Source: Bdellovibrionales bacterium (lineage in GTDB: Bacteria > Bdellovibrionota > Bdellovibrionia > Bdellovibrionales > JAGQZY01). From it: a DNA stretch of 64,000 nucleotides. This document shows, one piece after another, positions 1-8,998 of this stretch; within the stretch, counting starts at the first letter, position 1, and each line of letters starts with the position of its first letter. Location of the stretch: positions 288,001 to 352,000 of the forward strand of contig CAXRHT010000001.1 of assembly GCA_964230645.1 (NCBI GenBank), given 5' to 3'. Under the pieces are notes generated by a model that was not told the origin of the DNA, searched no databases, and saw nothing but the letters and a program-made list of their open reading frames with translations. A program made the translations under genes and the position numbers.

Positions 1-1
1 C

Positions 2-160
2 CCTCATGACCTTTTGCCATTTTTCACTCTGCTCTACTCCCGCCTTAACGTTCAGGCTTTAGGAATTTATGAAGTGTCTCCAAGGCTTGATCAAGATGAG
101 CAAACCGTGAAACTCGCCAGTCAAATTATCCATCAATTCACCGGAGTGATTGGTTCATGA
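2..160 (+). CDS. 3' end (partial) of arginase-family protein, probably formimidoylglutamase HutG
   Basis: Hand translation gives PHDLLPFF...GIYEVSPRLDQDEQTVKLASQIIHQF...*, resembling the arginase/HutG C-terminal E-x-x-P-x-x-D...T-x-x-L-A motif. Its TGA overlaps the next ATG (ATGA at 157-160). Confidence 0.6.
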   Translation, partial: PHDLLPFFTLLYSRLNVQALGIYEVSPRLDQDEQTVKLASQIIHQFTGVIGS

Positions 161-1176
161 GACTTATTAGTTTTGGAAGTGATAATCACTCAGGTGTTCA
201 TCCTCTGTTACTCAAAGAAATGGTTGAGGTGAATAGTGGCTTTGCCCCCAGCTACGAGCAGGACCCCTGGTCCAATGAATTAAGAGACCATTTGAAAGTG
301 ATGTTCAAGGCCACTGAAGTCGCCATGGTCTTCAATGGTACAGCGGCCAACGTTTTATGTATGCAACTGGCCCTAGAGTCCTATCAAGCCGTGCTTTGCT
401 CCGACGTGGCCCACCTCACTATGGATGAATGTGGCGCACCGGAAAAAATCGCGGGAATCAAACTCTATCCCTTGAAAAGTCATCAGGGAAAAATTAGTCC
501 TGAGCAAATTAAAGAGGCTCTGGTCCGCAGGGGGGATCAACACCACTCTCAGATCAAGATGGTGTCCGTGACTCAACCCACCGAATACGGCACGGTTTAT
601 TCCAAGGAAGAGATAAGACAAATCAAGAAGGTCTGCCGAGAAAATGATCTCTATTTACATATCGATGGCGCAAGACTTGCTAATGCAGCTCTAAGTTTAG
701 ACTGCCCTCTTGGTGAGGTGACTGAAGAGGCCGACGTGCTTTCTTTTGGGGGAGCGAAAAATGGACTGATGATGGGTGAATTTGTCATCAACCGTAATAG
801 TCAGCTCAAATCAGGGCTTAAATTCTTTCGCAAACAAAGTTTACAGCTTCCTTCAAAGACCCGTTTTCTTTCAGCCCCCTTTCTGAAATACCTTAAAGAT
901 GATCTTTGGATTGACATAGCCAGACAAGAAAACCGCATGGCCCAGAGATTACGCCAGGGCCTAGAAACGATCGAAGGGGTTGAAATCACTCAGCCCACCG
1001 AAGCAAATGCCGTCTTTTGCAAACTTCCCAAAGATGTCGTAAAAAAACTACGTAAAGAGTTCTTTTTTTATGTCTGGGACGAGAAGAGTTTTGAAGTTCG
1101 ATTGATGACCAGTTTTTCGACCACCAGCGAGCATGTGGACGCATTTCTTGAGGCCATAAAAAAAGCTTTTTCCTAA
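157..1176 (+). CDS. ltaE: Low-specificity L-threonine aldolase (PLP-dependent)
   Basis: Motifs FGSDN, FNGTAAN, DECGAPE, TQPTEYGTVY, LHIDGARLANA and SFGGAKNG (PLP lysine). Confidence 0.88.
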   Translation: MRLISFGSDNHSGVHPLLLKEMVEVNSGFAPSYEQDPWSNELRDHLKVMFKATEVAMVFNGTAANVLCMQLALESYQAVLCSDVAHLTMDECGAPEKIAGIKLYPLKSHQGKISPEQIKEALVRRGDQHHSQIKMVSVTQPTEYGTVYSKEEIRQIKKVCRENDLYLHIDGARLANAALSLDCPLGEVTEEADVLSFGGAKNGLMMGEFVINRNSQLKSGLKFFRKQSLQLPSKTRFLSAPFLKYLKDDLWIDIARQENRMAQRLRQGLETIEGVEITQPTEANAVFCKLPKDVVKKLRKEFFFYVWDEKSFEVRLMTSFSTTSEHVDAFLEAIKKAFS

Positions 1177-1190
1177 CAAAGGAGAACCCC

Positions 1191-2270
1191 GTGAGCACTT
1201 ACCCACCCATTCATTACTCTGATTATCTCCAGGTGGATGAACTGACTAATCTTCAAAAGCCTCGCAGCGAGCAGTATGGAGATATGGCTCATGACGAAAT
1301 GCTGTTTATCGTCATCCACCAAACCTATGAGTTATGGTTTAAGCAAATTCTCTTTGAACTCGATTCTGCTATGAAAATTTTCAACCAAGCCAAGATCCAA
1401 GATCGCGATATGCTCACCATCAATTCGCGCCTTGAGAGAATCATTGAGATTCAAAAAATAATGATCGGCCAAGTGGACGTCTTAGAAACTATGACTCCCA
1501 TGGATTTCCTCGAATTCCGTGACTATCTTTACCCTGCCTCTGGATTTCAGAGCACACAATTTCGTTTGATTGAAAACAAACTCGGTATCGATAAGCGTCT
1601 GACTTATAATAAGCAGGACTACAAAGAATCACTAAAAGACGACGACAAAAGCAAAGCAAAAAGCTCTGAAGAGGAAGCATCTTTTTTTGTTTTACTTGAA
1701 AAGTGGCTTGAGAGAACGCCTTTCCTTTCCCAGAAAAACTTTAACTTCTGGCTAACCTACCGCAAAGCCGTTGAAGAGCGCATAACTCAAAATAGAGAGA
1801 ACTTAAAGCTTTCTGAGATAGATGAGGAAACCCGTAAAAAACACGAAAAAGGCATTGAGATGATGGAAAAAAGCTTCCATTCTCTTTTTGATAAAGAAAC
1901 CTACGCCTCTTTAAAAAAAGAGGGCTTGTGGAGACTCTCCCATGACGCTCTCTGTGCCGCTTTATTCATCTACCTTTACCGAGATGAGCCAGCCTTACAA
2001 CTCCCCTTTAATGTTATGCAAAGCCTGCAAACCATTGACGAAAATTTCACTCAATGGAGATACCGTCATGCTCTTATGGTTCATAGAATGATTGGCATTA
2101 AAATGGGCACCGGTGGCTCTAGTGGGCATAAGTATCTGATGGCCGCAAGTGACAAGCACAAGGTCTTTAAAGATCTCAATAACTTGGCTACCTTTTTTAT
2201 TCCAAAATCAGCACTTCCTAAACTTCCAAAAGAAATTTTGGACCAGCTGGCCTTTAACTACAACCCATAA
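1191..2270 (+). CDS. kynA: Tryptophan 2,3-dioxygenase (long form)
   Basis: Motifs HDEMLFIVIHQTYELWFKQ, PASGFQSTQFR, WRYRH and GTGGSSG. GTG start with an AGGAG RBS. Confidence 0.93.
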   Translation: MSTYPPIHYSDYLQVDELTNLQKPRSEQYGDMAHDEMLFIVIHQTYELWFKQILFELDSAMKIFNQAKIQDRDMLTINSRLERIIEIQKIMIGQVDVLETMTPMDFLEFRDYLYPASGFQSTQFRLIENKLGIDKRLTYNKQDYKESLKDDDKSKAKSSEEEASFFVLLEKWLERTPFLSQKNFNFWLTYRKAVEERITQNRENLKLSEIDEETRKKHEKGIEMMEKSFHSLFDKETYASLKKEGLWRLSHDALCAALFIYLYRDEPALQLPFNVMQSLQTIDENFTQWRYRHALMVHRMIGIKMGTGGSSGHKYLMAASDKHKVFKDLNNLATFFIPKSALPKLPKEILDQLAFNYNP

Positions 2271-2305
2271 TGAGACTCTGTGTATACAGCAGGACTTCGC
2301 TCAGG

Positions 2306-2402
2306 GTCGTCCTGAGCGCGGCGACCAGTCATCCTGAGCGTAGCGACCAGTCATCCTGAGCGTAGCGAAGGATCTTAGGTCTTTCGCTACGCTCAAGACG
2401 AC
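2306..2402. repeat. REP-like hairpin cluster 1
   Basis: Two 22-bp truncated tandem copies, then GTCATCCTGAGCGTAGCGAAGGATCT (2350-2375) facing an inverted GTCGTCTTGAGCGTAGCGAAAGACCT (2377-2402). Confidence 0.9.
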
Positions 2403-2421
2403 AAAGCGGAGGCATGAGCCT

Positions 2422-3294
2422 TCACCACAGACTGTCGTAGAAAATAGTCCCAATCGATAGGAAGTTTCCCGCACGGGGGTCGGCATTTTCGGTCTTCCCT
2501 CGGGAGAAGCCCACACTCATTGTAAAATACCACTGTGGATTAAGCTGGAAACCAGCTGAGGGTGTTAATGTCTGAACACTCGAAGAATCAAACTCATTCT
2601 CTACGTGAGAGTAGTCCAGCGTGAAATCCCACCTCTCTCTAAAATATTTCACATAAGCAAAGGCAATAAAGTCTGCAAAGGTTGAACCATAGTTAATGGT
2701 ATCTAGAGAGTAGCCAAGATTTTGAGCGATTGGATAATTAAAAAAGTCAAAACGCAAAGAGTACTGGTACTGCTGATAACTAAGTCCAAATTGAAATTTT
2801 TTATAATCAAGCCCTAGTTGTAACCGCCACCAGAGGTTCTCATCAATCACGTAGTCCTTTTCTGATCGAAAAAGCTGAGCGGATCGATCCGTCAGTTTGG
2901 TTTGAATGTTTCTATAGCCTATATTTAATTCGTAGTTAAATGGGCCCACAAAATTTCTTACAAAGACTGTGGGATTGGTAATCCTCATCTGGTCTGAGAC
3001 CTCAATATACTGATAATCAAAGCCAAAAATCCAGTCCCTCAAAGGGTTCGACTGCACGCCCACGTAAGCCCCTCGATTTTGCCCAGTTTCCTCATCAGTG
3101 AAGTTCAGATGAGAATGAAAAAATCCACCTGAGAAAATAGCATTGCCGGGTGTGGCGAGAGTCATATCCAGACTGGAACTCCGGTTTTTATCATTGTCGA
3201 AGCTTTGAGTAATGCCAACAGAAGACGGCAGAGCCAGGTCGGCATGAGCGCCAGTGACAAAAAAAAGAAAAAGAAAAATAAAAACAATGGGCAT
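2422..3294 (-). CDS. Putative outer-membrane beta-barrel protein
   Basis: Signal peptide MPIVFIFLFLFFVTGAHA, amphipathic aromatic-rich strands and a C-terminal W. The ATG at 3294 overlaps the upstream TAA (TAATG). Confidence 0.6.
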   Translation of the reverse strand: MPIVFIFLFLFFVTGAHADLALPSSVGITQSFDNDKNRSSSLDMTLATPGNAIFSGGFFHSHLNFTDEETGQNRGAYVGVQSNPLRDWIFGFDYQYIEVSDQMRITNPTVFVRNFVGPFNYELNIGYRNIQTKLTDRSAQLFRSEKDYVIDENLWWRLQLGLDYKKFQFGLSYQQYQYSLRFDFFNYPIAQNLGYSLDTINYGSTFADFIAFAYVKYFRERWDFTLDYSHVENEFDSSSVQTLTPSAGFQLNPQWYFTMSVGFSRGKTENADPRAGNFLSIGTIFYDSLW

Positions 3295-3731
3295 TACTGG
3301 CGACGGTCCCTGATTCTTTGGCGTAAACGACGACGCTGGGCTGGATTGAGTCTTTGCCACTGTTGGTAACGTCTTTGTAATCTTGTTTTCTGCCGATCGT
3401 TGTAGTCTCTATAGCGCCTACGGTTGAGCCTGAGTCTGCGTCTCTGTTCTGGTTTCATCCGCTTCCATCGACCGATATTGCGGCGCAGACGCTTGCGCCT
3501 CTGAGGACTCATTTCCCTAAAACGGCGATAAGCCGCGATGATTTTTTTTCTTTTCTCTGAGGACATGGATTTTAATTTTTCCCACCGCTCTTTCACCATG
3601 GCTTTTTGGGAATCAGAGAGTTCATCCCATCGAGACTGATCTTGGCCAAGAGCATTTTTACCCACGAGAAGTAAAAGAGCCTGCAAGGTGGCCGCTTCCA
3701 TAAACTTTTGCAATACCTCTCTACGATTCAT
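3294..3731 (-). CDS. DUF3106-like helical-repeat protein with a possible Tat signal
   Basis: Repeats WDELSDSQK, WEKLKSMSSEKR, FREMSPQRR, WKRMKPEQR and WQRLNPAQR. The N-terminus is MNRREVL followed by a hydrophobic stretch. Start re-called at 3731. Confidence 0.7.
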   Translation of the reverse strand: MNRREVLQKFMEAATLQALLLLVGKNALGQDQSRWDELSDSQKAMVKERWEKLKSMSSEKRKKIIAAYRRFREMSPQRRKRLRRNIGRWKRMKPEQRRRLRLNRRRYRDYNDRQKTRLQRRYQQWQRLNPAQRRRLRQRIRDRRQ

Positions 3732-3912
3732 CTTCAAACTCCTCAAACTCTTTAAAATCTTCATTGGTCTCTTTGACTTCCGAACCGTCAAGTTCTGAAA
3801 GATTCTCGATCGTGTCCCAATCTTCCTCACTTTCGAGAACATCCATGTTCATGAGAAGGTCGAGATACTTCAACATTTTAGGATCAGGCTGATCAGCTTT
3901 CTTCTCGGCCAT
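3721..3912 (-). CDS. Small acidic hypothetical protein (63 aa)
   Basis: The ORF overlaps both neighbours in operon fashion, has an AGAGGAG RBS and shares a motif with the C-terminus of the upstream protein. Confidence 0.6.
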   Translation of the reverse strand: MAEKKADQPDPKMLKYLDLLMNMDVLESEEDWDTIENLSELDGSEVKETNEDFKEFEEFEDES

Positions 3913-4264
3913 CCCACTCCTCTAGGACATCTAAGTCCTTATAAAAGTCCAATTTCTCAATCATTTCTTCATCGTATTGATCGATTTCCTCTTCACTCAG
4001 AGAGGCCAATTCTTTTAGGTAATCCTCTTTAGGCTCATCAGCCGCTAGGGGTGGTAGATCGCCATCTTCACTCCCCTCTTCCTGTTGATTAAAAAAGAAA
4101 ATAAGGGCCGCAAGACCGGGAACAAGGGCTAAGAGCCAATTCCATGAAAAAGCAGAGGAAGTGCTCTTCTGGTCCATCTCCTGGCGAACACGCGCCAAGG
4201 TTTTGTGACGAAGCTCTTCTCTCACCTTCTCTTTTACAATGTCGTCCCAATCATTTTTTGCCAT
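3893..4264 (-). CDS. Putative single-pass membrane anti-sigma factor
   Basis: Lies immediately downstream of the ECF sigma gene. Charged N-terminus, one TM (WNWLLALVPGLAALIFFF) and an acidic tail. Confidence 0.65.
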   Translation of the reverse strand: MAKNDWDDIVKEKVREELRHKTLARVRQEMDQKSTSSAFSWNWLLALVPGLAALIFFFNQQEEGSEDGDLPPLAADEPKEDYLKELASLSEEEIDQYDEEMIEKLDFYKDLDVLEEWDGREES

Positions 4265-4265
4265 A

Positions 4266-4841
4266 TTACCGACTCAACATTTCTTTTAAATTCTGCCGAC
4301 TTCTAAAAAGAAGAGATTTAATGGAGGAAACAGAGACTTCCATCTCTTTTGCTATGTCTTCGTAACTTTTATCCTCTGTCATCCAAATCACCAAAGCCAC
4401 TCTTTGGTTTTCCGGCAACTCTTTAATACATTCTTTCACTCGGTCGCGATCTTCTTCGATGCTTATCAAGTCCAAGATGCTTTGCTGATCCACATCTTCG
4501 ACTTCATAATCCTCGATATCTTCGGCGCGCCTCACTTTTTGTTTTCTAAAAAACGAAAAACAGGCATTTCTCGTTATCTGTAGAAGCCAGGCCTTAAACT
4601 GCCCCTTTGAAGAGTATTTGTCTGAGTTTCGGATGACTTTTACCCATACTTCTTGGCTAATGTCTTCGGCTTGCTCTCGGTCTTTTAATAGTTTTATGCA
4701 GTAACCAAAAACTAAATCACCGTAACGGTTAAAGAGTTCGCTAAAAGCTCTTTCATCACCTTTCGCCGCTTTTTTTAAACACTGATCATCGCTCAAAGCT
4801 GAGAGACTTTGTCCTTTCTGGTCCGCCTCAAAAAAAGCCAA
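4266..4841 (-). CDS. ECF-family RNA polymerase sigma factor
   Basis: Region 2 (GDERAFSELFNRY, AEDISQEVW, FKAWLLQITRN) and region 4 (LPENQR, SYEDIA, SIKSLLFRSR). The start is uncertain: TTG at 4841 was chosen, and the ORF is open to 4922. Confidence 0.9.
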   Translation of the reverse strand: MAFFEADQKGQSLSALSDDQCLKKAAKGDERAFSELFNRYGDLVFGYCIKLLKDREQAEDISQEVWVKVIRNSDKYSSKGQFKAWLLQITRNACFSFFRKQKVRRAEDIEDYEVEDVDQQSILDLISIEEDRDRVKECIKELPENQRVALVIWMTEDKSYEDIAKEMEVSVSSIKSLLFRSRQNLKEMLSR

Positions 4842-4896
4842 AAGCCACTTCCAAGAAAGATGAGGAAAGGGAATAAATCCCTCTCCTTGATAAAAA

Positions 4897-5781
4897 CTAT
4901 TCACAGTAAGTGAACTGAACATTTTGAATGTCTCCGTTACTTCTTTCTAAAGTGGCTTGTCCACAGGACTGAAATTCCACTTGTGCTGTCCCCTCAAGAC
5001 TCCCAGTATACTCAACCGATAGGCTTCCCGAAACAGGATGACAACATGAGCTAGACCAGCGTAAATCTTGGGCGCTATACGTGGCCACAAATTCCGCTAG
5101 GTTATGAATCACCTCAATCTGACCATTATTGACCTGCCTTTGTCCTCTCGCTAAGCCGCCAGAAATTTCTAAGGCTGAAATCGTGCGAATGCTCTTATTT
5201 CTTAAAACACGGCCGTTGCGGGTAAAAATCTTGTTCTTTCCTAAAATATCTAAACTGTGCCCAGAAGAGGTTTTCGTCAAAAGAGCCCCTCCACCGATGA
5301 TTTCCCCGCGGTAGTCTTCTTGATCTTGACTGGTTACACTCAATTGACCGCCCCTCGGCCCCACTAATTCATATTGATAAGTTCGAGCCACATCATCTCC
5401 TGTCTGATCCATAGAACAATCGTTTTGAGAGTAATCAAGATTGATCTCTCCACTAGCCAGCACCTGCCCTCGAAACATAGAGCAGTCAGAAAACTGAGAG
5501 TTCTTAATTCCACTGCTGCAAGCTTTAAACACAGGCCTGATACAACCAGCGGCATAAGCTTTAGGAAATAATATTTCCTCTAAAGTTTCCAGGCTGTTTT
5601 GGGGAGTTGCCTTGGCGTAGGATTCTCCAGCTTGGTCATCGATCATGGCTCCCATAGTGGTAACGGCATCCTCAAGAGAAGAAGATAAATCCTCATCGGC
5701 TCCTGGAGTGCCAAGGTTTTCTTTACCGCGACAGTTGATAATTAAAAGACTCATTAAAGCGAATAAAAATAGGTTCCTCAT
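4897..5781 (-). CDS. Hypothetical Cys-containing lipoprotein
   Basis: MRNLFLFALMSLLIINC lipoprotein-type signal with a GGAGA RBS; beta-rich mature part with several Cys. Confidence 0.7.
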   Translation of the reverse strand: MRNLFLFALMSLLIINCRGKENLGTPGADEDLSSSLEDAVTTMGAMIDDQAGESYAKATPQNSLETLEEILFPKAYAAGCIRPVFKACSSGIKNSQFSDCSMFRGQVLASGEINLDYSQNDCSMDQTGDDVARTYQYELVGPRGGQLSVTSQDQEDYRGEIIGGGALLTKTSSGHSLDILGKNKIFTRNGRVLRNKSIRTISALEISGGLARGQRQVNNGQIEVIHNLAEFVATYSAQDLRWSSSCCHPVSGSLSVEYTGSLEGTAQVEFQSCGQATLERSNGDIQNVQFTYCE

Positions 5782-5803
5782 GGATTCTCCTTTGTTCATA
5801 GAG

Positions 5804-5830
5804 ACAACGTATGAGCCTTAAGAGAGTTGC
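5804..5830 (-). promoter_or_regulatory. Candidate ECF sigma-dependent promoter
   Basis: The minus strand reads GCAAC-TCTCTTAAGGCTCATA (16 nt)-CGTTGT, about 20 nt upstream of the first gene of the ECF operon. This matches the AAC-N16-CGT pattern. Confidence 0.6.
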
Positions 5831-5863
5831 GGGATTTTATCAATTATATATAAAGCTATGATT

Positions 5864-6511
5864 TTATTGAGATTTTTCGTCTTCTATCAGTATCGCGCGC
5901 ACGGGCGAGGCGTCAGCATGTCTTAATTTGAGAGGCAAAGCGACAAGCGAATAGAGGCCTTCGGAAACCTCATTGAGGACAATACCTTCAAGTATCGCCA
6001 TATTTTTCTCGTGAATCGTTTTATGAGAGGGAAGATCCTTGCTATCAATGGGGTCTACTGAAGGCGTGTCGATACCCACCAGAATAACATTTTGCTGATG
6101 TAAAAACTCAACGAGCTCTTTTGATAGAGAACAAAAATCATCATTCCATTGATCCGGGTCAGGAAAACTCCCCGTTTTAAATAGAACTCTAGGGGCCTCA
6201 ACCGCCTGCCCCTTGAGGTCCTCAGGCTTTATTCTTTCTCCGGGTTCTGTTTCCACTGCAATAACTTGGCAGGGACCTAAATAGTAATGAAGGGAGCGCT
6301 CGGATATCCCCTCACTCTCCCGGGCGTAATGATTAGGAGCATCGGTGTGGGCTCCTAAATGAAGAGTTGTTGTGATTTTCGAAAGTCCAAGATGATCGCC
6401 CTTATCCGTATCCATAAGGACGTCTCTTTGAAAAGGAGTGTCCCCGGGCCATACAGAAAGTCCCGAATGGATCTCCGGGCTGATATCAAAAATTCTCACC
6501 TTAGAGTTCAT
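5864..6511 (-). CDS. kynB: Cyclase-family protein, probably kynurenine formamidase
   Basis: Motifs DISP, VWPGD, HLGAHTDAPNH, GIDTPSVD, ILEG and DASPVRA; TDO is nearby. Start re-called at MNSK. Confidence 0.8.
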   Translation of the reverse strand: MNSKVRIFDISPEIHSGLSVWPGDTPFQRDVLMDTDKGDHLGLSKITTTLHLGAHTDAPNHYARESEGISERSLHYYLGPCQVIAVETEPGERIKPEDLKGQAVEAPRVLFKTGSFPDPDQWNDDFCSLSKELVEFLHQQNVILVGIDTPSVDPIDSKDLPSHKTIHEKNMAILEGIVLNEVSEGLYSLVALPLKLRHADASPVRAILIEDEKSQ

Positions 6512-6977
6512 CCTTAACAAATTGATAAACTTCATCGACGTGACCATTGACGCGTACTTTACGCCACTCTTTCACAAGTTTTCCTTTATCATCAATAACG
6601 AAGGTACTTCTCTCGATACCACGAACTTTTTTGCCATACATATTCTTCATTTTAATAACATCAAAAAGTTTGCAGAGTTCTTCATCTTCATCACTGATTA
6701 ATTCGAAAGGAAAGTCGTACTTCTCTTTGAATTTTTCATGGGACTTCAGTGAATCTCTTGAGACACCAAAGATTTCTGTATTTTCTTTTTTAAACTTTTT
6801 ATAAAGGTCTCTAAAGGCCTCGCCCTCTTTTGTGCAACCCGAGGTGCTATCTTTTGGATAAAAATAGATCACTAAATTTTTGCCCTTCCATTTAGTTAAC
6901 TGCATTGTGGTCTCACTGGTTGCCGGTAATTTGAAAGCCGGAACTTTTTTTCCAACAGTGACCTTTTTTTCGGCCAT
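6501..6977 (-). CDS. bcp: Peroxiredoxin Bcp
   Basis: Motifs YFYPKDSTSGCTKE, GVSRD and GIERSTFVID. Confidence 0.92.
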   Translation of the reverse strand: MAEKKVTVGKKVPAFKLPATSETTMQLTKWKGKNLVIYFYPKDSTSGCTKEGEAFRDLYKKFKKENTEIFGVSRDSLKSHEKFKEKYDFPFELISDEDEELCKLFDVIKMKNMYGKKVRGIERSTFVIDDKGKLVKEWRKVRVNGHVDEVYQFVKDEL

Positions 6978-7075
6978 AAAATCCTCCTCTTGAAGACCTC
7001 GTTTATACCCTTTATTTGAAGCTTCTTGTATTCCGTGGTTGACGGGGTGCTTCTTTCTTCGCTAACACCTTAACC

Positions 7076-8098
7076 ATGACAACAAGAGAGCCTAAGAAGT
7101 ACGAAATTCCCGAGGATTTGAGTCTTTGGATAGAAAAGCAGATCAACACTTTAGGAATGAGTCTCGAGCAACCTAAAAAACTAGCCAAGGCGGTGCTTGA
7201 GGTCTCTGACCACTTCAAGAGTTCTGATTCCAAAACTCCCTGGAATTCAAAAGCCCACACCGCGGCCTACTTGGCTTATTTCTTCCCTCTCAATTACATC
7301 CGTAACCTCAAGGTTTTGGATGAAGCCAAAGCCTTTGGTTTTTTTGAAGGCATCGATGAGGTGATTGATTTTGGCTGTGGCCCTGGAACGGGGACTCGTG
7401 CACTGATCGATCAGACTGAGATTAAGAGTTTTACTGGCATTGATGAGGAAAGAAATCTCTCTCCCCTTTATTTAAGTCATCAAACAAAGCGAGAGCTTTT
7501 TTACAAAATGCAGGCTCCAAGAAAGATCTCTAAAAATTCTCTTTTGTTTGCCTCCTACGTTCTCAATGAAATGATTGAGCTGCCTTCCTGGTGTTTAAAT
7601 TTTGAAAAAATAATCTTACTGGAACCTTCCACTCATCAAGCTTTTCCAAAATTTCTGACTCTTAGAGATCGACTCATTGAGGAGGGCTACCAGATCCTCG
7701 CCCCCTGCCCCCATCATTTAGGGTGTCCATTGAGTGAGAATAAAAAAGACTGGTGTCATGACCGGGTTCACTGGGTCCAGCCCTCCTGGTTTGAAAAACT
7801 TTCCTCACACCTGCCGATTCGCAATAAAACTCTGACATTCACCTATCTAATCGCCCAAAAAACATCCCAAACCAAAAACACCTATCAGCGTATTGTCAGT
7901 GATGCCCTGGTTGAAAAGGGCAAAACACGCTGGCTCCTCTGTCAGGATGAAAATAAAACGTATTTGAGCTTCCTTAAACGCCAAGGAGAGCCCCCAGCGC
8001 TCTTCCGAGGCGATCGCATCCAGCTCGAAAAAACTGATGCCAAAGGGCAAGAAAGACGTTTTCAACGAGAGGATCTCAAAATTCTTTCTGAAAACTGA
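7076..8098 (+). CDS. Rsm22-family SAM-dependent methyltransferase-like protein
   Basis: AYLAYFFP, the SAM motif DFGCGPGTG, and the Cys cluster APCPHHLGCPL...WCH. Confidence 0.8.
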   Translation: MTTREPKKYEIPEDLSLWIEKQINTLGMSLEQPKKLAKAVLEVSDHFKSSDSKTPWNSKAHTAAYLAYFFPLNYIRNLKVLDEAKAFGFFEGIDEVIDFGCGPGTGTRALIDQTEIKSFTGIDEERNLSPLYLSHQTKRELFYKMQAPRKISKNSLLFASYVLNEMIELPSWCLNFEKIILLEPSTHQAFPKFLTLRDRLIEEGYQILAPCPHHLGCPLSENKKDWCHDRVHWVQPSWFEKLSSHLPIRNKTLTFTYLIAQKTSQTKNTYQRIVSDALVEKGKTRWLLCQDENKTYLSFLKRQGEPPALFRGDRIQLEKTDAKGQERRFQREDLKILSEN

Positions 8099-8224
8099 CT
8101 TCTCTTCGTCTTCTCTAGCCCTATAAGTCTTTCTCAAGCCTCATTGAAAGCTTTATACAAGGTCGTTGAATGGTTTTGAATTCTCTCGCATTTTTTTACA
8201 ATGCAGTCTCTTGAGAGGAAAACT

Positions 8225-8788
8225 ATGAGCTCTAAAATTCTTATATTCGCTGTACTATTTTGCCTTACTCCATTGCTAGCTGCCCAAGAGGGAGGAGAGC
8301 CCGTGGTGATTGAGGAGTCTCCTGACTATTACCAAGAGTGTCTCAAAAACCCCAGCGCTTACGACGATAACTCCGCTAGCAAGGTTTTTGAGGCAGTCTG
8401 TACCAGCCACTATTACTTTGCCATGGATGATCAAGGCGACTTTCCCGATCCTATCATCAAAGATATTGTATTAAGATCCAATCGCTCCATCTGTGACCGT
8501 GAACTTTATGGTGCACAAATGACCTATCTCCCTGATTTCGATGCTTTCCAGAGACCAGAAATTTTTCAGAAAAAGACCGCCGAACAAGAGGTTGTGATTA
8601 TTGAACAACCAACTCTGGAGGATAAAAGGCTTTGGTTACTAGTAACCGATGGTCTTCCTCAACAATCTATCAATCACACAAGTGTTGCGGAGTTGATTGT
8701 TGATCCTAACCTGCAAGGAACCTTTATCGTTGGCACCAATTCTACACAGGGGCAGCGCCGCCTTGAATGTGAATTAAGAGCGAACTAG
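8225..8788 (+). CDS. Secreted hypothetical protein
   Basis: Signal peptide MSSKILIFAVLFCLTPLLAA with a GAGG RBS. Confidence 0.6.
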   Translation: MSSKILIFAVLFCLTPLLAAQEGGEPVVIEESPDYYQECLKNPSAYDDNSASKVFEAVCTSHYYFAMDDQGDFPDPIIKDIVLRSNRSICDRELYGAQMTYLPDFDAFQRPEIFQKKTAEQEVVIIEQPTLEDKRLWLLVTDGLPQQSINHTSVAELIVDPNLQGTFIVGTNSTQGQRRLECELRAN

Positions 8789-8998
8789 GACGCTTTCGTA
8801 TTAGGCAGGCATGATTTCCTCAATGAAAGCAAACTTTTCTAAAGGTTTTGTTTTCTATTTCGATGCGCACTTTCGTTGTCTCGCCGATTGCTGCGAAGAG
8901 TGTGATGAGAAATAACATACAGGTTAAAACTTTCAAAAATCGGGGACTTTACCCAGGCTTGAACAGGATAAGTTATGTTTACGTTTTTTTTGGCTGAA

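Noticed and set aside
2301..2516. 71-aa ORF (RSFATLRMT) and the overlapping 62-aa ORF
   Set aside because: They are translations of the repeat cluster and overlap real genes.
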